Assembly (NCBI GenBank): GCA_951406725.2 | Contig: OX597816.1 | Coordinates: forward strand, 157,480,001-157,544,000 | Reading direction: 5' to 3' | DNA length: 64,000 nucleotides | Source of the DNA: Octopus vulgaris | Taxonomy: Eukaryota | Shown here: positions 38,441 to 52,325 of the stretch, one piece after another | How positions within the stretch are numbered: position 1 is the stretch's first letter | How the letters are laid out: the number at the start of each line of letters is the position of its first letter | Notes under the pieces: model-generated | Databases searched by the model: none | What the model saw: the letters and a program-made list of their open reading frames with translations, nothing else | What the model was told of the DNA's origin: nothing | Position numbers and translations under genes: made by a program

Positions 38441-38899
38441 TTGTCACTGACTGTAGGCCACAAGAAGGTAAGTGAAATACTAAACGTGCAATGCAAAGTT
38501 GTCCTTAATATGCAATACAAAGTTTTCCCTTGGGACACTTGCTGAGAGCTACGCCAATGTGTTCTTCGGCACCAAGGCTCTACACAAATGGAGGGTAATT
38601 ATCGATTACATCGAAATAGAAGAAATTGATGTAGTATCAACTTTGATGATTTCCTGCGATTAACGCCTTCTATCCTCCTCTCACTCAAACCGCCACCATT
38701 TATAAACGTTCGGTCAAACCTATTCTTGCAGGGAGTGTCGTGGCTGTCGCCATAGCGTCTTCCTTTCTGAGATTTCGACTTCCGTAGAAAATGAAATATA
38801 TTTTATTATTATTTCTTTTTTCCCTTCCAACACCTCTCGCTTTTTTAAATTTTGCTTCCCTAGGGAGTTCAGTACCTTTTCTACACAGGAATTATTTCT

Positions 38900-40245
38900 A
38901 AATGTTCAGTCTGTTTGCGTTTTCTATTACTGGTCCTTCTAAGCTTAATCTCTTCTGGTGCTGGCACATGTAAAACAACAGTTCCATAGGAGTATTTTTC
39001 CCTTCTTCTGTATATCTGGCTTTTAATTGATTTAGGTGCCGTTTATGCTCCCATCGTCTGCCTTTATTAAATACATCATGTAATCAATTCTTTTAGTCAC
39101 TACATCATACTGCCAACTCTCTTTACTGTTCTTTTATACTTTGAAAGGAACATTGTCTCCAATATCAAACTGTTTAGTTGATTTTGTCTATATGCTTTAT
39201 CCTTTGGCAACAATTTGTCGAAGATGGATTTAATATTTCGGACAAGTATTAATTTTGCAGGCGACTTACCTGAACTGGTATTCGGATTGGGCGTTATTCT
39301 GCACATCCTTAAGAATTTAGTTACCACTTCGTCATTTCATAACTTGTTCCTTCCTTTTTTTCAGCGCTCGCTTGCAAGTATCTACGAATCATGTTGCTTG
39401 CCCATTTGAACTCGGTTGGCAGGGCTGAGTAAACATGTGCTTGATTGCATACATTTTGCAGAATTTCTTGAATTCGTATCCTGTAAATCGTGTTCCACTG
39501 TATCAAGCTAAACGTTCTTGCAGGAACTTTATCGTTGCCTTCGAGGTAGGTTCACTGCACCTCCACACTTCCGGCTACTTGGCAAATCTATCAACAATGA
39601 TCAAGTCGCACGCACCATTCACTGGTCCACCGTAGCTTATATGTATCCAGGACCACGGACTATGCGTCTCAGGCCACGATTGGTATTTCTTTGCTGGTTC
39701 TTTGGCTGCTAGCGCACAACTTCTACATGATTTTACCAAATTTACAATGTCTCGGTTCATCATCGACCAAAACACGTAACTCCTCATCAAACCTTTCATT
39801 CTTGACATCAACAGGTTATGGATGCAATGTTGGTGGATTGTTAGTTTACAATTCCATACCTCGATGATGTATTAATTAAAAGTGATTCCAGTAATCAGCA
39901 TATCGAACATGTAAAATGTGTTTTTTAAAAAAATAAGAGATTACGGTTTCACACTCAGTGAAGCACAATGTGAAACCGTAATCTCTTATTTTTTAAAAAA
40001 ACACATTTTACATGTTCGATATGCTGATTACGGGAATCACTTTTAATTAATACATCATGGAGGTATGGAATTGTAAACTAACAATCCACCAACATTGCAT
40101 CCATAACCTGTTGAGATATTGCAAGTGAGACCTTCAGACCAAATGGCAACGTATTATATTTGTTTAGTCCTCTGCGCGTATTCACTGTTATCAGCTTCGA
40201 ACATTCCTTGTCTACTTTATCTTGTCGATAAGATGCACCACATGT
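38900..40245 (-). mobile_element. Ty3/Gypsy LTR-retrotransposon remnant (RT and integrase)
   Basis: ITVNTRRGLNKYNTLPFGL (RT); RMKGLMRSYVFW...VKSCRSC, PWSWIHI...GP...IIVDRFAK, TPNP...GKSPA (integrase). Confidence 0.85.
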
Positions 40246-40249
40246 GCTG

Positions 40250-40600
40250 CTATACAGTTGATATTGCATCTCCCTTTGACCCACGAATATTCAAGAAGGA
40301 AGGCGAAGAAATAGATAAATGCAACCCTCTTAAGTACGAAATAGCCCGGCTACGGAAAGAGAAGGTGAAGATAGTGCCAAATATTGTTGGGTCCTTAGGG
40401 AAAGTATTAGAAGGCATCAAGAGGAATGTAAAAAAAATTGGAATAGAGTGCCCAGTAGAACTTTTACAATAGGTTTGCCTCCTTTGCACGGCCAGAATAA
40501 TCGGGGAAGTGTCAAATAACTGAAAAGACTGGATAGCATGGTGCAGTAGGCAAGACTCCGGGAGTTCCAACAAAACCTGTGATAAAAAGAAATAATAATA
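40250..40600 (+). mobile_element. Short 3' fragment of an RLE-type (R4/Dong-like) retrotransposon
   Basis: VDIASPFDPRI..K..E.IDK...LKYEIARL...KIVP.IVGSLG; followed by AAT and (GAA)n repeats. Confidence 0.7.
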
Positions 40601-41359
40601 ATGAGAAGAAAAGGAGGAGGAGGAGGAGGAGAAGAAGAAGAAGAAGAAGAAGAAGAAGAAGAAGAAGAAGAAGAAGAAGAAGAAGAAGAAGAAGAAGAAG
40701 AAGAAGAAGAAGAAGAAGAAGGCAAAATTCGACGATGTGAACGTCAGTATATATATATATATAATTATTTTTTCTATCAGTAATTAAAAATAGGACAAGA
40801 TGAAGTAGTTCCTTTCAAGGCCAAGGTTAGCGCTCTCACTGATCGCTAGTAGTAGTAAACACATTTCACCTCAACTGACCCCAAGGGTATGGGGCTTCTT
40901 TTGTCTCCTGATCGCACAGGAATGCGAAAGCCTATTGGTGATCTCTTTCTCACTATCTACCGAACCTATTTACAGACCTGTGGAATTTTGCCTATTCACC
41001 AAGCTGCTTCTCTCTCTCCTAATATTCTCTTCAACCCTCAAATATTTATGATTATCTCAAGTACAAGATAAAAGTCGAAACTAAACAACATTTAATAATA
41101 CCACACAGTAGTAGTAACAAAGATAGCAGAATTAAATAAATAACGGTTCTACTGTCACCGTGGCTACAAAGGTTAGCCACAACAATACAGATCAAGACTA
41201 CTGGTGGTAACTAACAATGAGCAATGCTGTAAAAGCAAGGTTAAAGTAACAGTAATGGTATTAATGGCAGCGTCGACAGTTGTTGCAGATACAACAACCG
41301 TCTCTATATCTGCCACAACACAGGGTTCAATACTAATAATTTTAATGTAGTACAAATAT

Positions 41360-44290
41360 ATCTAATGAAACAAAAAGGGTAACTAAAACAGTACACCAAA
41401 TCGCTTGTCCTATGGTTAATCTGAAAGTGCTTACCTCAGGAGAGAGCCAGCTTGGGGGCAAAACGTTACCCAAAGGCACGAACTCTTTTCTGATTACAAA
41501 CCTAGATGGTCACTTGAACGGAAACTGCCCCAACTCGAGCCAACCAAGTCCACCACCACATTCACCACAGAAAGAAAAATGTAAGAAGATCAAATGGACC
41601 CCAGAAGAATATACAGAAGTAATATACGCGTATTAGGGAGGCCATCGAAAGAGAAACACACCGCACACTCATATCAAATATGGAGAACACGAAATCAAGA
41701 CAGCAGACTATATTTGGACGAAAATAAGTTAGCAAATGTTATCCCCAGAAATACAAGACTCACAGATAGTGAACTAACTGCGATCAAGCACGCAGCGGAA
41801 ATGATTTAGATATAAGTCATAAAGGAAATGAAGAACCAGACAAAGAGAGCAACTCTCCATGAGTCTCAATTGAATGACTGCCATGTGACCAGAACACACA
41901 AACGTATGGAGAAATAAATTGTATGAACCTGATAAAGATAACGAAGAAAGTGGTAAAGAAACAATATTTGAAGATTACATATTTACTGAAGAGCATAGAG
42001 AGTCTATGATAGAATTGAAGCAGAAAATCCTGACCAAGCTTGCAAAACAAGCGTGGACAGACATCACAATAGCAGACCTAATGAAAGCTCATAAGTGGAA
42101 TTCCCTTGGTAATGATAGGGTGCCAAATTTCTGGCCTGCTTCACTCCCGTGCGCGCATGAATAGTTAGTCCAGTTATTCAATGAAATTAGGAGAGATCCT
42201 ATGAAAACAAGCGGTATTACTTACTCCCGAAGAATAATGAAACCAAATCACCCCATATGTTTATCTACTACATATAAAATTTTAACGTGGATAAAACATA
42301 CAAATTTATAGAAAAGAACGATATCTTCCCCACTGAACAAAAGGGGTGCCGACGAGGCTCATATGGATGCAAAGATCAAATCTTGATTAATTGCATGTTC
42401 CATGAGAACTGTCATAACAAACCTAGAAATCTCAGTTCTGCTTAGATTGATTATAAAAAGGCCTTCGACAGCATACTGTATCAATGGATCTTGAAATCGC
42501 TGGATATCGTCAAAATTTCTCCTGTGATTTCAAACTTCCTGAAGCACATGTCAATGTGGAATACGAATCTCCAACTATAACACTCTAATGGAGTACTGAC
42601 CACAAAAAATATTAATATCAACAGCAGCATTTTCCAAGGTGACTCGCTTTTACTTTTAATTATCAGCATAGCCCTAATACCCCTTACAAGTGAACTTAAC
42701 AAAACAGGGTATGGCTATAAAATTTGCAAGAAAATAAGTCATCTATTTTATATGGATGACTTAAAACTCTATGGCAAAGACGATAATGATCTTGAAGGAC
42801 TACTACGTACTGTGAAAGCATTCAGTGATGATATTGGGATGGAATTTGGTTTTGACAAATGTACCAAGGCCACTTTCCAGAAAGGTAAACTGAAGACCTC
42901 ACATTCAATGGTGTTGGATGTTGACACAGTCATAAAAGAGCAGGAACAAACTTACAAATATCTCGGAATAAATGAGGGCTCTAGCATTCAGCATGAAAGA
43001 GAAGATCAGGAAGGAGTGTTACAGGAGAATTTGAGCAGTTCTAAAATATGAGTAAAATGCACGTAACAAGGTGTTAGCCATAAATTCTTTAGCAGGAAGA
43101 TAGAAAGAAAAAAATCCGTAAGCATCTTGCAATAAGATGCACCACCCAAAGGCAGAAGCAGATCGTCTTTACCTACCCAGAGCTCAAGGAGGTCAAGACT
43201 TAATCCAATTTGAAATCTCCCGCAAAACCATCACAATTGGCCTGGCAATATCTTGAAACATCTAATGACTGGATGCTAAAGCTCGTTGGGGACCATGAAA
43301 CACGTAATAAGCTACATTCTATTACGAAAAAGAGCAAAATATTTTCAAGTGAGCATATGCATAATACCCAGGTTTGACTGCATGATGGAGTTGCAGCAAC
43401 TGTAGTTGCAAAGAGGGTCAAATCAATAGCAAAGCAAAATGCATTTGAACAATTGACTGATAAATGGGAACAAAATCCTCTGCATGATAAATATGTGGCC
43501 CTTAGCAAACAGCTGATGTAGACCAAAAGCACACTCATCGGTGGCTACAGAACACAGGGCTAAAGACAGAGATTGAAAACTTTATCTTAGCTTCCCGAGG
43601 TTAGAGCTTATTGACCCGGAACTATCTAGTCAATCTGATAAAAAATTTTGTAGACCTAAAGTGCCGATACTGCAACGATGGAATAGAAACAGTGAATCAC
43701 CTGATCTCTGTATGTAAGGTTTCAGCACTTGTAGAGTAAAAATCAAGACATGACAGAGTACACCAATATCTACACAGGATAATATGTCGGTATTATAAAA
43801 TCAAACTGCTGACAAATGGTAGAAGCACACCCACCCTAAGATTATAACTGAGGGAGAAAATGTAACTATTCTTTGGGACTTCTCAGTATGTACGGAGCAT
43901 ACCATTAAAGCAAACAAACCAGATATCGTCGTGAAAGACTAACACAATAAATATTGATTAACAGGAGCATACCCTGTGGCCATAATATCTCGGCAAAAGA
44001 ATTTGATAAGCTCAGAAAATATAAAGATTTGCCCATCGAAATCGAATAGATGTGGCATCTCAAGACGGTTACAATACCAGTGGTTGTAGGAGTACTTGGA
44101 ATGCTCAAAAAAGGAACTGAAAATTATTTAAGAATGATCCCTGGCTTACCATTCATAGAGGAAATGCAAAAGATTGTCTTTACCGGTACGTCAGACGTAT
44201 TGAAAAGAGTATTGTTGCTGTGATTTTTTTTTCCCTTTTACCCCTAGGAAGACACTCGGAAAAAATGGAAACAGAATTGAAAGAAGATAA
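41360..44290 (+). mobile_element. Degraded Dong/R4 element with internal deletions
   Basis: Collinear with 46014-49870 (YMDDLKLYGKD, KYLGINEG); many stops; ends at (AAT)n. Confidence 0.9.
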
Positions 44291-44297
44291 TAATGAA

Positions 44298-44377
<80 letters not shown>

Positions 44378-44379
<2 letters not shown>

Positions 44380-45550
44380 CGGCTGGACGTGTTCCTTACT
44401 GCTCTGACAGTTCGGTGGCCGAAAGCCATAGAAACACTAATATGGGCCAGTTTAGCAACGGGGAAAAATAACTCTCAAAGACTGGAACATCTACAATACC
44501 TCGTGAATATTTGAAATTCTCTTCAAAGTGGGTTAAGAAATTTACAAATTTACATATCTGCAGCTTTCAAACATACATCCGATCGGCTTTAAAAACTTTA
44601 ATACCCACAACTGCCTCTGTAAGCACCCTTTTTTTTTCTTCTCTCTAAAAACATCACGCTTTTCTTTTTGTGGACTTACAAAACCCTAAAACTTTCTATG
44701 AAAATCTGACTTTTCTTTGCTTCCTCCCAGAATATTCAAATATAAATGTAAACATATACTTTTTATTGCAAAAACACACCTGTTCTTCTAACTGGACATA
44801 CAAACATCTCTAGAGGGGTCAACTTCAACCTCCACAATATTACCTTGCACGAAATATACAAACACTTTTTATTGCAATAACACAAACGCACATGGAAAAA
44901 ATAATGATGCTAAGATTCTCTCTGGTCGAACACAGCTTCTCTATTCACAAATAATACAGAACAGCCCTTCAAAATAAGTTAAGAAAATTTACAAATTTAC
45001 ATATCTACAGTTTTCAATCATACATTCGACCAGCTTTAAAAACTTTGATACCCACAATTGCCTCTGTAAACGTCCTTTTTTTTCTTCTCTCTAAAAACAT
45101 CACGCTTTTCTTTTTGTGGACTTACAAAACCCTAAAACTTTCTATGAAAATCTGACTTTTCTTTGCTTCCTCCCAGAATATTCGAATATAAATGTAAACA
45201 TATACTTTTTATTGCAAAAACACACCTGTTCTTCTAACTGGACATACAAACATCTCTAGAAAAGTCAACTTCAACCTCCACAATATTACCTTACACGAAA
45301 TATACAAACACTTTTTATTGCAATAACACAAACGCACATGGAAAAAAAAAATGATGATGCTAAGATTCTCTCTGGTCGAACACAACTTCTCTATTCACAA
45401 ACAATACAGAACAGCCCTTCCTTAATTTTTCTTAAGGCTAATAGTAGTAAACATCTGAACTTTTTTTGACCCCACCTAAAAAAAAAAAAAAATATCACTG
45501 GTGGTGATGATGATAATAATAATAGTAATAGTGTTGATAATCTATCTATC

Positions 45551-45583
<33 letters not shown>

Positions 45584-48500
45584 TCAAAGTGTTCAACCAA
45601 CACAAACCTCACCTCTATTGTTAACCAAATATGAAAGTATTATTTGACAGGCAAGAACTCTGGCATTGAAGACAGTCAGCCAGCCAACCACCAAGCCAGC
45701 CAATGAGACAGACAGACACTACTGTGATGGTGATAAGGATAAAAAAACAAAAATAACAATAATAAGATCCTGCTGTGACTACACATAAAACAATATCATT
45801 GATGATGATGGTGGTGATGGTGATGGTGATGATGATAATGATGATGGTAATGGTGGTGATAATGATGATAGTGATAATAATGGTGATGATAATAACAATA
45901 ATAAGCCGACTACGGCTGCTATAATGGTACGATTATAATTGTAACAGCAATGATGGCCGTCTCCCCACGAGCCAACCAAAGCTAAAAAATGATAACATTA
46001 TCGTAGCACCAAAATGTTTTTGGAAACTAAAAGGAAAACTAAATCAGTATACCAAATCGCTTGTCCTATGGTTAATCTGGAAGCGCGTCCCCCAGGGAAG
46101 AGCCAGCCTGGGACCGAAAAGTCATCAGCTGGCACAAACTCTTCTCCGAATACGGACATGGATGGTCACTTGAACGGGAAATCCCCCAACTCGAGCCCTC
46201 CAAGTTCACCACCACAACCACCACAGAAAGAAAAATGTAAGCGGAACAAATGGACCCGAGAAGAGTATAAAGAAGTAATATACGCTTATTACTATGCATT
46301 AGGTAGGCCATCTCAAGAGAGATACACCGCAAACTCTTACAGTATATGGAGAACACGGAATCAAGACAGTAGGCCCTATTTGGACGAGAACAAATTAGCA
46401 AATGTGAGGAGGGATATCCTTAGAAATAACAGACTCACAGACAGTGAAATAAGCGCGATCAAGCACGCAACGGAAAATGACATAAATATAAGACACAAAG
46501 GAAATGAAGAATCAGATGAACAGTATGGCCCGCCACGAGGCTTAATTGAAAGACTGCCATCTGACCAAAGTACGCAAAAGCCTGAAGATACAAGAAATTC
46601 TATTGTACCTGTTAAAGATAGCCAGGAAAACGAAAAAACAACAGTAACTGAAGATCTCGCATCTGCTGAAGAACACAGAGAGTCTATGGCAGAAATGAGG
46701 CAGAAAATCCTGAATACACTTGAAGTTGTAAGACATACAAGTATGAATGATAGAGAACCACTTCATAAACTCTCAAATACAAACCAAAATAAAAAACAAA
46801 TCCAAATTGGCAACTATGTAACAAATGAAATAATACGAGAATTAAAACCTGATTTTACTGAGTTAAATGAAATTATTTACGCTTCTGCTAGGGCAATTGA
46901 AACCAGCTGTATGCCCCCGAAAAAACAATGAAAACAAAACCTGGGAAGAAATCAAACCTGGAGAAGTAAAATTGAAAAAGAGATTGAATTTATGAGAGGG
47001 GAAATATCAATATTAAATGAACTAATATGTGGAAATGATGTAAGATCCAGAACAGGAAGAAAGATGAAGAGAAAATTTGGATCCTCACCAAGAGAAGAAC
47101 TGATATCAATAAAAGAAACGCTGAAACAAAAAGTCCAAGCAAAAGCCCAAAGAATACGAAGATTTGAGAAGAGAAACAAGTTTTACAAGCAAAATAAGCT
47201 GTTCACATCCAATGCCAAAAAATTCTACAGAGAAATAGGGAAGGAGAAAGTAACCGTTAAAGACCCCCTCCCATGGAAGAAGTTCAAAACTTTTGGAAAA
47301 GTATTTGGAGTGACAAGAAGACGTACAACATAAATGCAGACTGGATTATACAAACTGAAGGATCCTACCAAAATTTACAACAACAAGCATGGGAAGACAT
47401 CACAATAACAGACCTAAGAAAGGCACTCACGAAGGCCCATAATTGGAAATCCCCCGGTAAAGATAAGGTGCCGAATTTCTGGCTCGCATCGCTCCCATGC
47501 GCACACGGTAAGCTAGTTCAGCTGCTCAATGGAATTATGAGAGACCCAAAGAAAACACCTGAATGGTTAGCAAGTGGCATTACTTACCTACTCCCAAAGA
47601 ATAACGAAACCAACCTTCCAAAAAACTATCGGCCTATAACCTGTCTATCCACCACGTATAAAATCCTAACATCTATCCTGGCGGAGAAAACATATGCATT
47701 CATGGAGAAGAACGATATTTTCCCCATTGAACAAAAAGGGTGCCGCCGAGGCTCTTACGGATGCAAAGATCAACTGCTAATCAATCGTATGATCCTTGAG
47801 AACTGTCACAACAAGCGCAGAAATCTCAGCACCGCATGGATTGACTATAAAAAGGCCTTCGACAGTATACCGCATCCATGGATCTCGAGATCGCTGGACA
47901 TCTTCAAAATTTCCCCTGTGATTTCAAACTTCCTGAAGCACAATATGTCGTTGTGGAATACGAATCTCCAATTATACCACTCTAATGGAGTACTTGCCTC
48001 AGAAAATATAAACATCAACTGTGGAATTTTTCAAGGTGACTCACTTTCACCTTTAATATTCTGCATAGCCCTAATACCCCTTACAAGTGAATTAAACAGA
48101 ACAGGGTATGGGTATAAAATTGCCAATAAAAAAATAAGCCATCTATTTTATATGGATGACTTAAAACTTTATGGTAAAGACAATAATGAACTTGAAGGCC
48201 TATTGTGCACTGTGAAAGCATTCAGCGATGACATCGGGATGGAGTTTGGACTTAAGAAGTGTGCCAAGGCCACTTTCCAGAAAGGGAAAGTGAAGACCAC
48301 AAATTCAGTCGTGTTAGATGTTGACACAGTCATAAGAGAGCTTGAGCAAGAACAAACATACAAATATTTAGGGATAAATGAAGGCTCTGGTTTTCAGCAT
48401 GCAAGCATGAAAGAGAAGATAAGGAAGGAATGTTATAGGAGAGTTCGTGCAGTCCTGAAATCTGAACTAAATGCACGTAACAAGGTGTTAGCTATAAATT

Positions 48501-49890
48501 CCTTAGCAGTTCCAGTTGTTACTTATAGCTACAATGTGTTGAACTGGAATATGAGTGAAGTAAAGAATATAGATAGGAAAATACGCAAGCTGCTGAGTTG
48601 TAATAGGATGCACCACCCAAAGGCAGACGTAGATCGCCTTTACCTTCCCAGAGCCCAAGGAGGTCGAGGCCTGATCCAATTTGAACTAGCTTACAAAACA
48701 ACCACAATTGGACTGGCCAAATATCTCGAAATATCGAATGACTGGATGCTAAAGCTCGTGGAAAATCACGAGAGACGAAAGAAGCTTCATTCTATTATAA
48801 AGGAAAGCAAAAAATTTGCTATTGATCTCGTGCAGGATACCCAAACAGAACAACCCGAGGGAAGTACGGCAATTATTGTTGCAAAGAAGGTGAAAATAAT
48901 GGCAACGAAAAAAGCGCACGAGCAATTGGCTGATAGGTGGGAGGAGAAACCTCTGCACGGCAAATATGTGACCCGCAGCAAACAAGCTGATGTTGACCAG
49001 AAGCAAACCCATCAGTGGCTACGGAGCTCAGGGCTAAAAGCAGAGAACGAAGGTTTCATCCTGGCTGCTCAAGATCAAAGCCTATTAACCCGGAACTACC
49101 AGGCCAATGTGATGAAAAATGGAGCAGACCCAAAATGCCGATTCTGCAACGACATGATTGAAACAGTAGACCACCTAATCTCTGGATGTAAAGTCTTAGC
49201 TCCAGTGGAGTATAAATTAAGACATGACAGAGTTGGCCAATATCTACACTGGCTAATAAGTCGGCATTACAATATCAAAACTGCCGACAAGTGGTATAAT
49301 CACCACCCTGAGGCTGTAACTGAAGGAGAAAATGTAACCATTCTGTGGGACTTTCCAGTACATACAGACCGAACCATCAAGGCCAATAAACCAGATATTG
49401 TTGTGAAAGACCAAAACAATAAAGTTTGCTTATTGATCGACATGAGCATCCCCTGTGATCATAATATCTCAGCGAAAGAGTTTGACAAGCTCAGAAAATA
49501 TAAAGACCTACTCATTGAAATTGAGAAAATGTGGCATCTCAAGGCGGTTACAATACCAGTGATCGTAGGAGCACTAGGAATGATCAAGAAGGGAACCGAA
49601 AATTATATGAGAATGATCCCTGGCTTACCATCCCTGCAAGAAGTGCAAAAGATTGTCTTAACTGGTACATCACACGTATTGAGAAGAGCATTGTCGATGT
49701 AAGAACTGTTGCTGCTCATGTATTTTAATTTAACTTAAAAAAAAAAAAAAATGAACGAACTATTGAGTTTGGTTTAATGGCCTACCAATGTATACTATGA
49801 GTTTCTTTGCCCTAGGAGTCGGGAAGACACTCGGCAAGAAATGGAAGCAAATTTGAAAGAAGAAAAAAAAAGTAATAATAATAATAATAA
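44378..49890 (+). mobile_element. Nearly intact Dong/R4-clade non-LTR retrotransposon between (AAT)n tracts (5' boundary tentative)
   Basis: Coding region 46014-49702 with one in-frame TGA (46929) and one frameshift (about 47270). RT: YRPITCL, WIDYKKAFDS, GIFQGDSLSP, YMDDLKL. Knuckle CRFCNDMIETVDHLISGC, RHD, RLE KPDIVV..LIDMSIP..K. Confidence 0.92.
44510..45420 (+). repeat. Tandem duplication, two units of about 455 bp
   Basis: 44520-44970 and 44975-45420 are near-identical (aaaacatcacgcttttc...aatacagaacagcccttc). Confidence 0.9.
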
Positions 49891-50686
49891 AGCTTATTAA
49901 CCCGGAACTACCAAGCCAATGTGATAACAAAGTGGACCTGACCCAAAATGCCGATTCTCTAACGATGAGATTGAAACAATAGACCACCTAATCTCAGGGT
50001 GTAGAATCTTAGCACCTGCAGAATATAAAGCAAGACATGACAGAGTCGGCCAGTATTTACATTGGACAATATGTCAGTATTATAAAATCAAAACCGCTGA
50101 CAAATGGTATAACCACCATCCTGAAGCTGTGACTGAGGGAGAAAATGTGTCGATTCTATGGGACTTCCCCGTACAGACTGACAAGTCTATAAAAGCTAAT
50201 AAACTGGATATTATTATAAAAGATCGGACAAAAAGGATGTGTTTATTAATTGACATGAGTATCCCTTGCAATCACAATATAGCGGCGAAAGAATTTGACA
50301 AGATTAGTAAATATAAAGACCTGCTAATAAAAATTGAAAAAATGTGGCATCTCAATGCGACTACAGTACCAGTGATTGTAGGATCTCTAGGAATGATAAA
50401 AAAAAGGTACTGAAACCTATCTGAAAATGATTCCAGGCTTACCATCCCTACAGGAAGTGCAAAAAATCGTATTAACTGGAACGGCTCATGTACTGAGAAG
50501 AGCATTATCGCTGTGAAAACAACATCCATCCATGAATTTATTTATTTATTAATTTTTAAATACATATTTTTATCTGTGAATTTGCGTGTGTAATCTGGGA
50601 ATGCATACATTGAGCTTCTCTGTCCTAGGTGTATGGAAAACACTCGGCGAGAAACGGAAGGACATTTGAAGAAAGAAGGAAAAAAC

Positions 50687-50687
<1 letters not shown>
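49891..50687 (+). mobile_element. 5'-truncated Dong/R4 3' fragment
   Basis: TEGENVSILWDFPVQTDKSIKANKLDII...; bounded by (AAT)n; same subfamily as 10155-11310. Confidence 0.9.
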
Positions 50688-50747
<60 letters not shown>

Positions 50748-50769
50748 CAATAATAATAATAATAATAAT

Positions 50770-51290
50770 GGGTGGTTCTTTCAACATCCTTAAACAACCC
50801 TTATTCAGGGACCTTTTGAGCGGGATGGGCTACTCAACCTGAAGAAAATTCTAACTGGGCCCCACCTGCAAGGTCATGTGCTGTTTATCTTGATATGAGA
50901 TCACCATGTCGTGCACATATGGTTGTGATGCATGTGCCTGGTGTACCCTTATCAGACGGGTAGTCATGATGGGTATATTGGGCTTCGTATATTTTACCCC
51001 AGTGTCACTTTGATGGCATGAACTGCTCTCTCACTCAATAATAATAATACCTTATTCAGAGACTCTTTGAACAGGATGGGCTACTCGACCTGAAAAAAAT
51101 ACTAACTGGGCCCTACCTGCAAGGTCATGCGCCGTTTATCTTGATATGTCGTGCACATATGATTGTGATGCATGTGCCTGGTGTACCGTTATCTGACAGG
51201 TAACCATGATGAGTATTTTGGGCTTCGTATATTTGTACCCTAATACCATTTTGATGGCATGAAGTGAACGAATAATGATAATAATAAAGA
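50770..51290 (+). repeat. Two tandem copies of a ~250-bp repeat ending in (AAT)n
   Basis: ccttattcag...gggctactc.acctga...gatggcatgaa repeated at about 50789 and 51051. Confidence 0.75.
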
Positions 51291-51839
51291 TCTGCTATGT
51301 TAAAGAATGCAACTATTTTCAATGCATACATTGAACTTAGGAAGTCAACATTTTGGGGATATTCACACTTATTTAAGTAAAGATTTCATTCTCAATGTTT
51401 TCTTTTAAAAACTGTGACTAAAGCAAATAGAATTCCTTAACGGGTAACTCCATGCTATATCATCTTAAATAGAATATATTTTCTAGGATTAAAGAATAAG
51501 ATAGAAATAATAGCCTTGTAATCATTGCAACTCGGTGTTATAGCATATCCATTTTGTTACAAAGCCTTTCAGAAGGTTTTCCGAACTCAATTTACAGAAA
51601 CCTAAGTCGAATAAATTTTACAAACTAACCATCTTCCCACATTTCTAACAATGATTTCTATTTTCATACGCATGTCTTCTACAACTTGTGTGTGTTTAAG
51701 CATTATTCTTTCTTACTGTATTCATAAAATTCATTTCTTCACAAAGAAATTTTCATCTTTATCATTAACACATGTAAATCCATCAACGTAAATACGAATT
51801 CTATACTTTTATTCTTTTCGAGTTTATAGCCGCTTTATG

Positions 51840-52325
51840 GCAGGAAATTGGTCCATGATCAAGTTTGTAGCAGCTGAACTTCCCTGAGTGTATCATTGAA
51901 TACTTGACTGGTCAGGTATCGTCGTTAGAAGTTTATCCAATGTTGTTCTGAAAGTTTCAACAGAGGTTCCTTTTATACTTCAGATTTCTTTAGGTAAGCA
52001 GCAGAAACAGTTGAAGACTTCTAAATATCTGACTGGTACAATAGAGTGTTTTCTTCCGTGATTTCAAAAATGTTATATTTGGAAGCCGACAGCATCTGCC
52101 AGTTTGTGCATTAAATATCTCTGTAATGCCGACATTTGGAACATACCTCTGCAGGATTTTCAATATGTATATGTTAGTATAACTCTCCCTTCAGCGTTCA
52201 AGAGAACAGAAACGAAGAGCTTTTAGACGTTCCCAGTAATTAAATACTGTGATTTGTTTACCATATAATCTGGTTTCATTCATATTTTCTGCTTGCTCCA
52301 TTCTATTCGACATTTTGCTGAGTGT
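51840..52325 (-). mobile_element. Old CR1-group LINE 3' fragment
   Basis: NYWERLKALRFCSLER, then (hand translation) IYILKILQRYVPN and LDKLLTTIPDQ. Confidence 0.7.
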
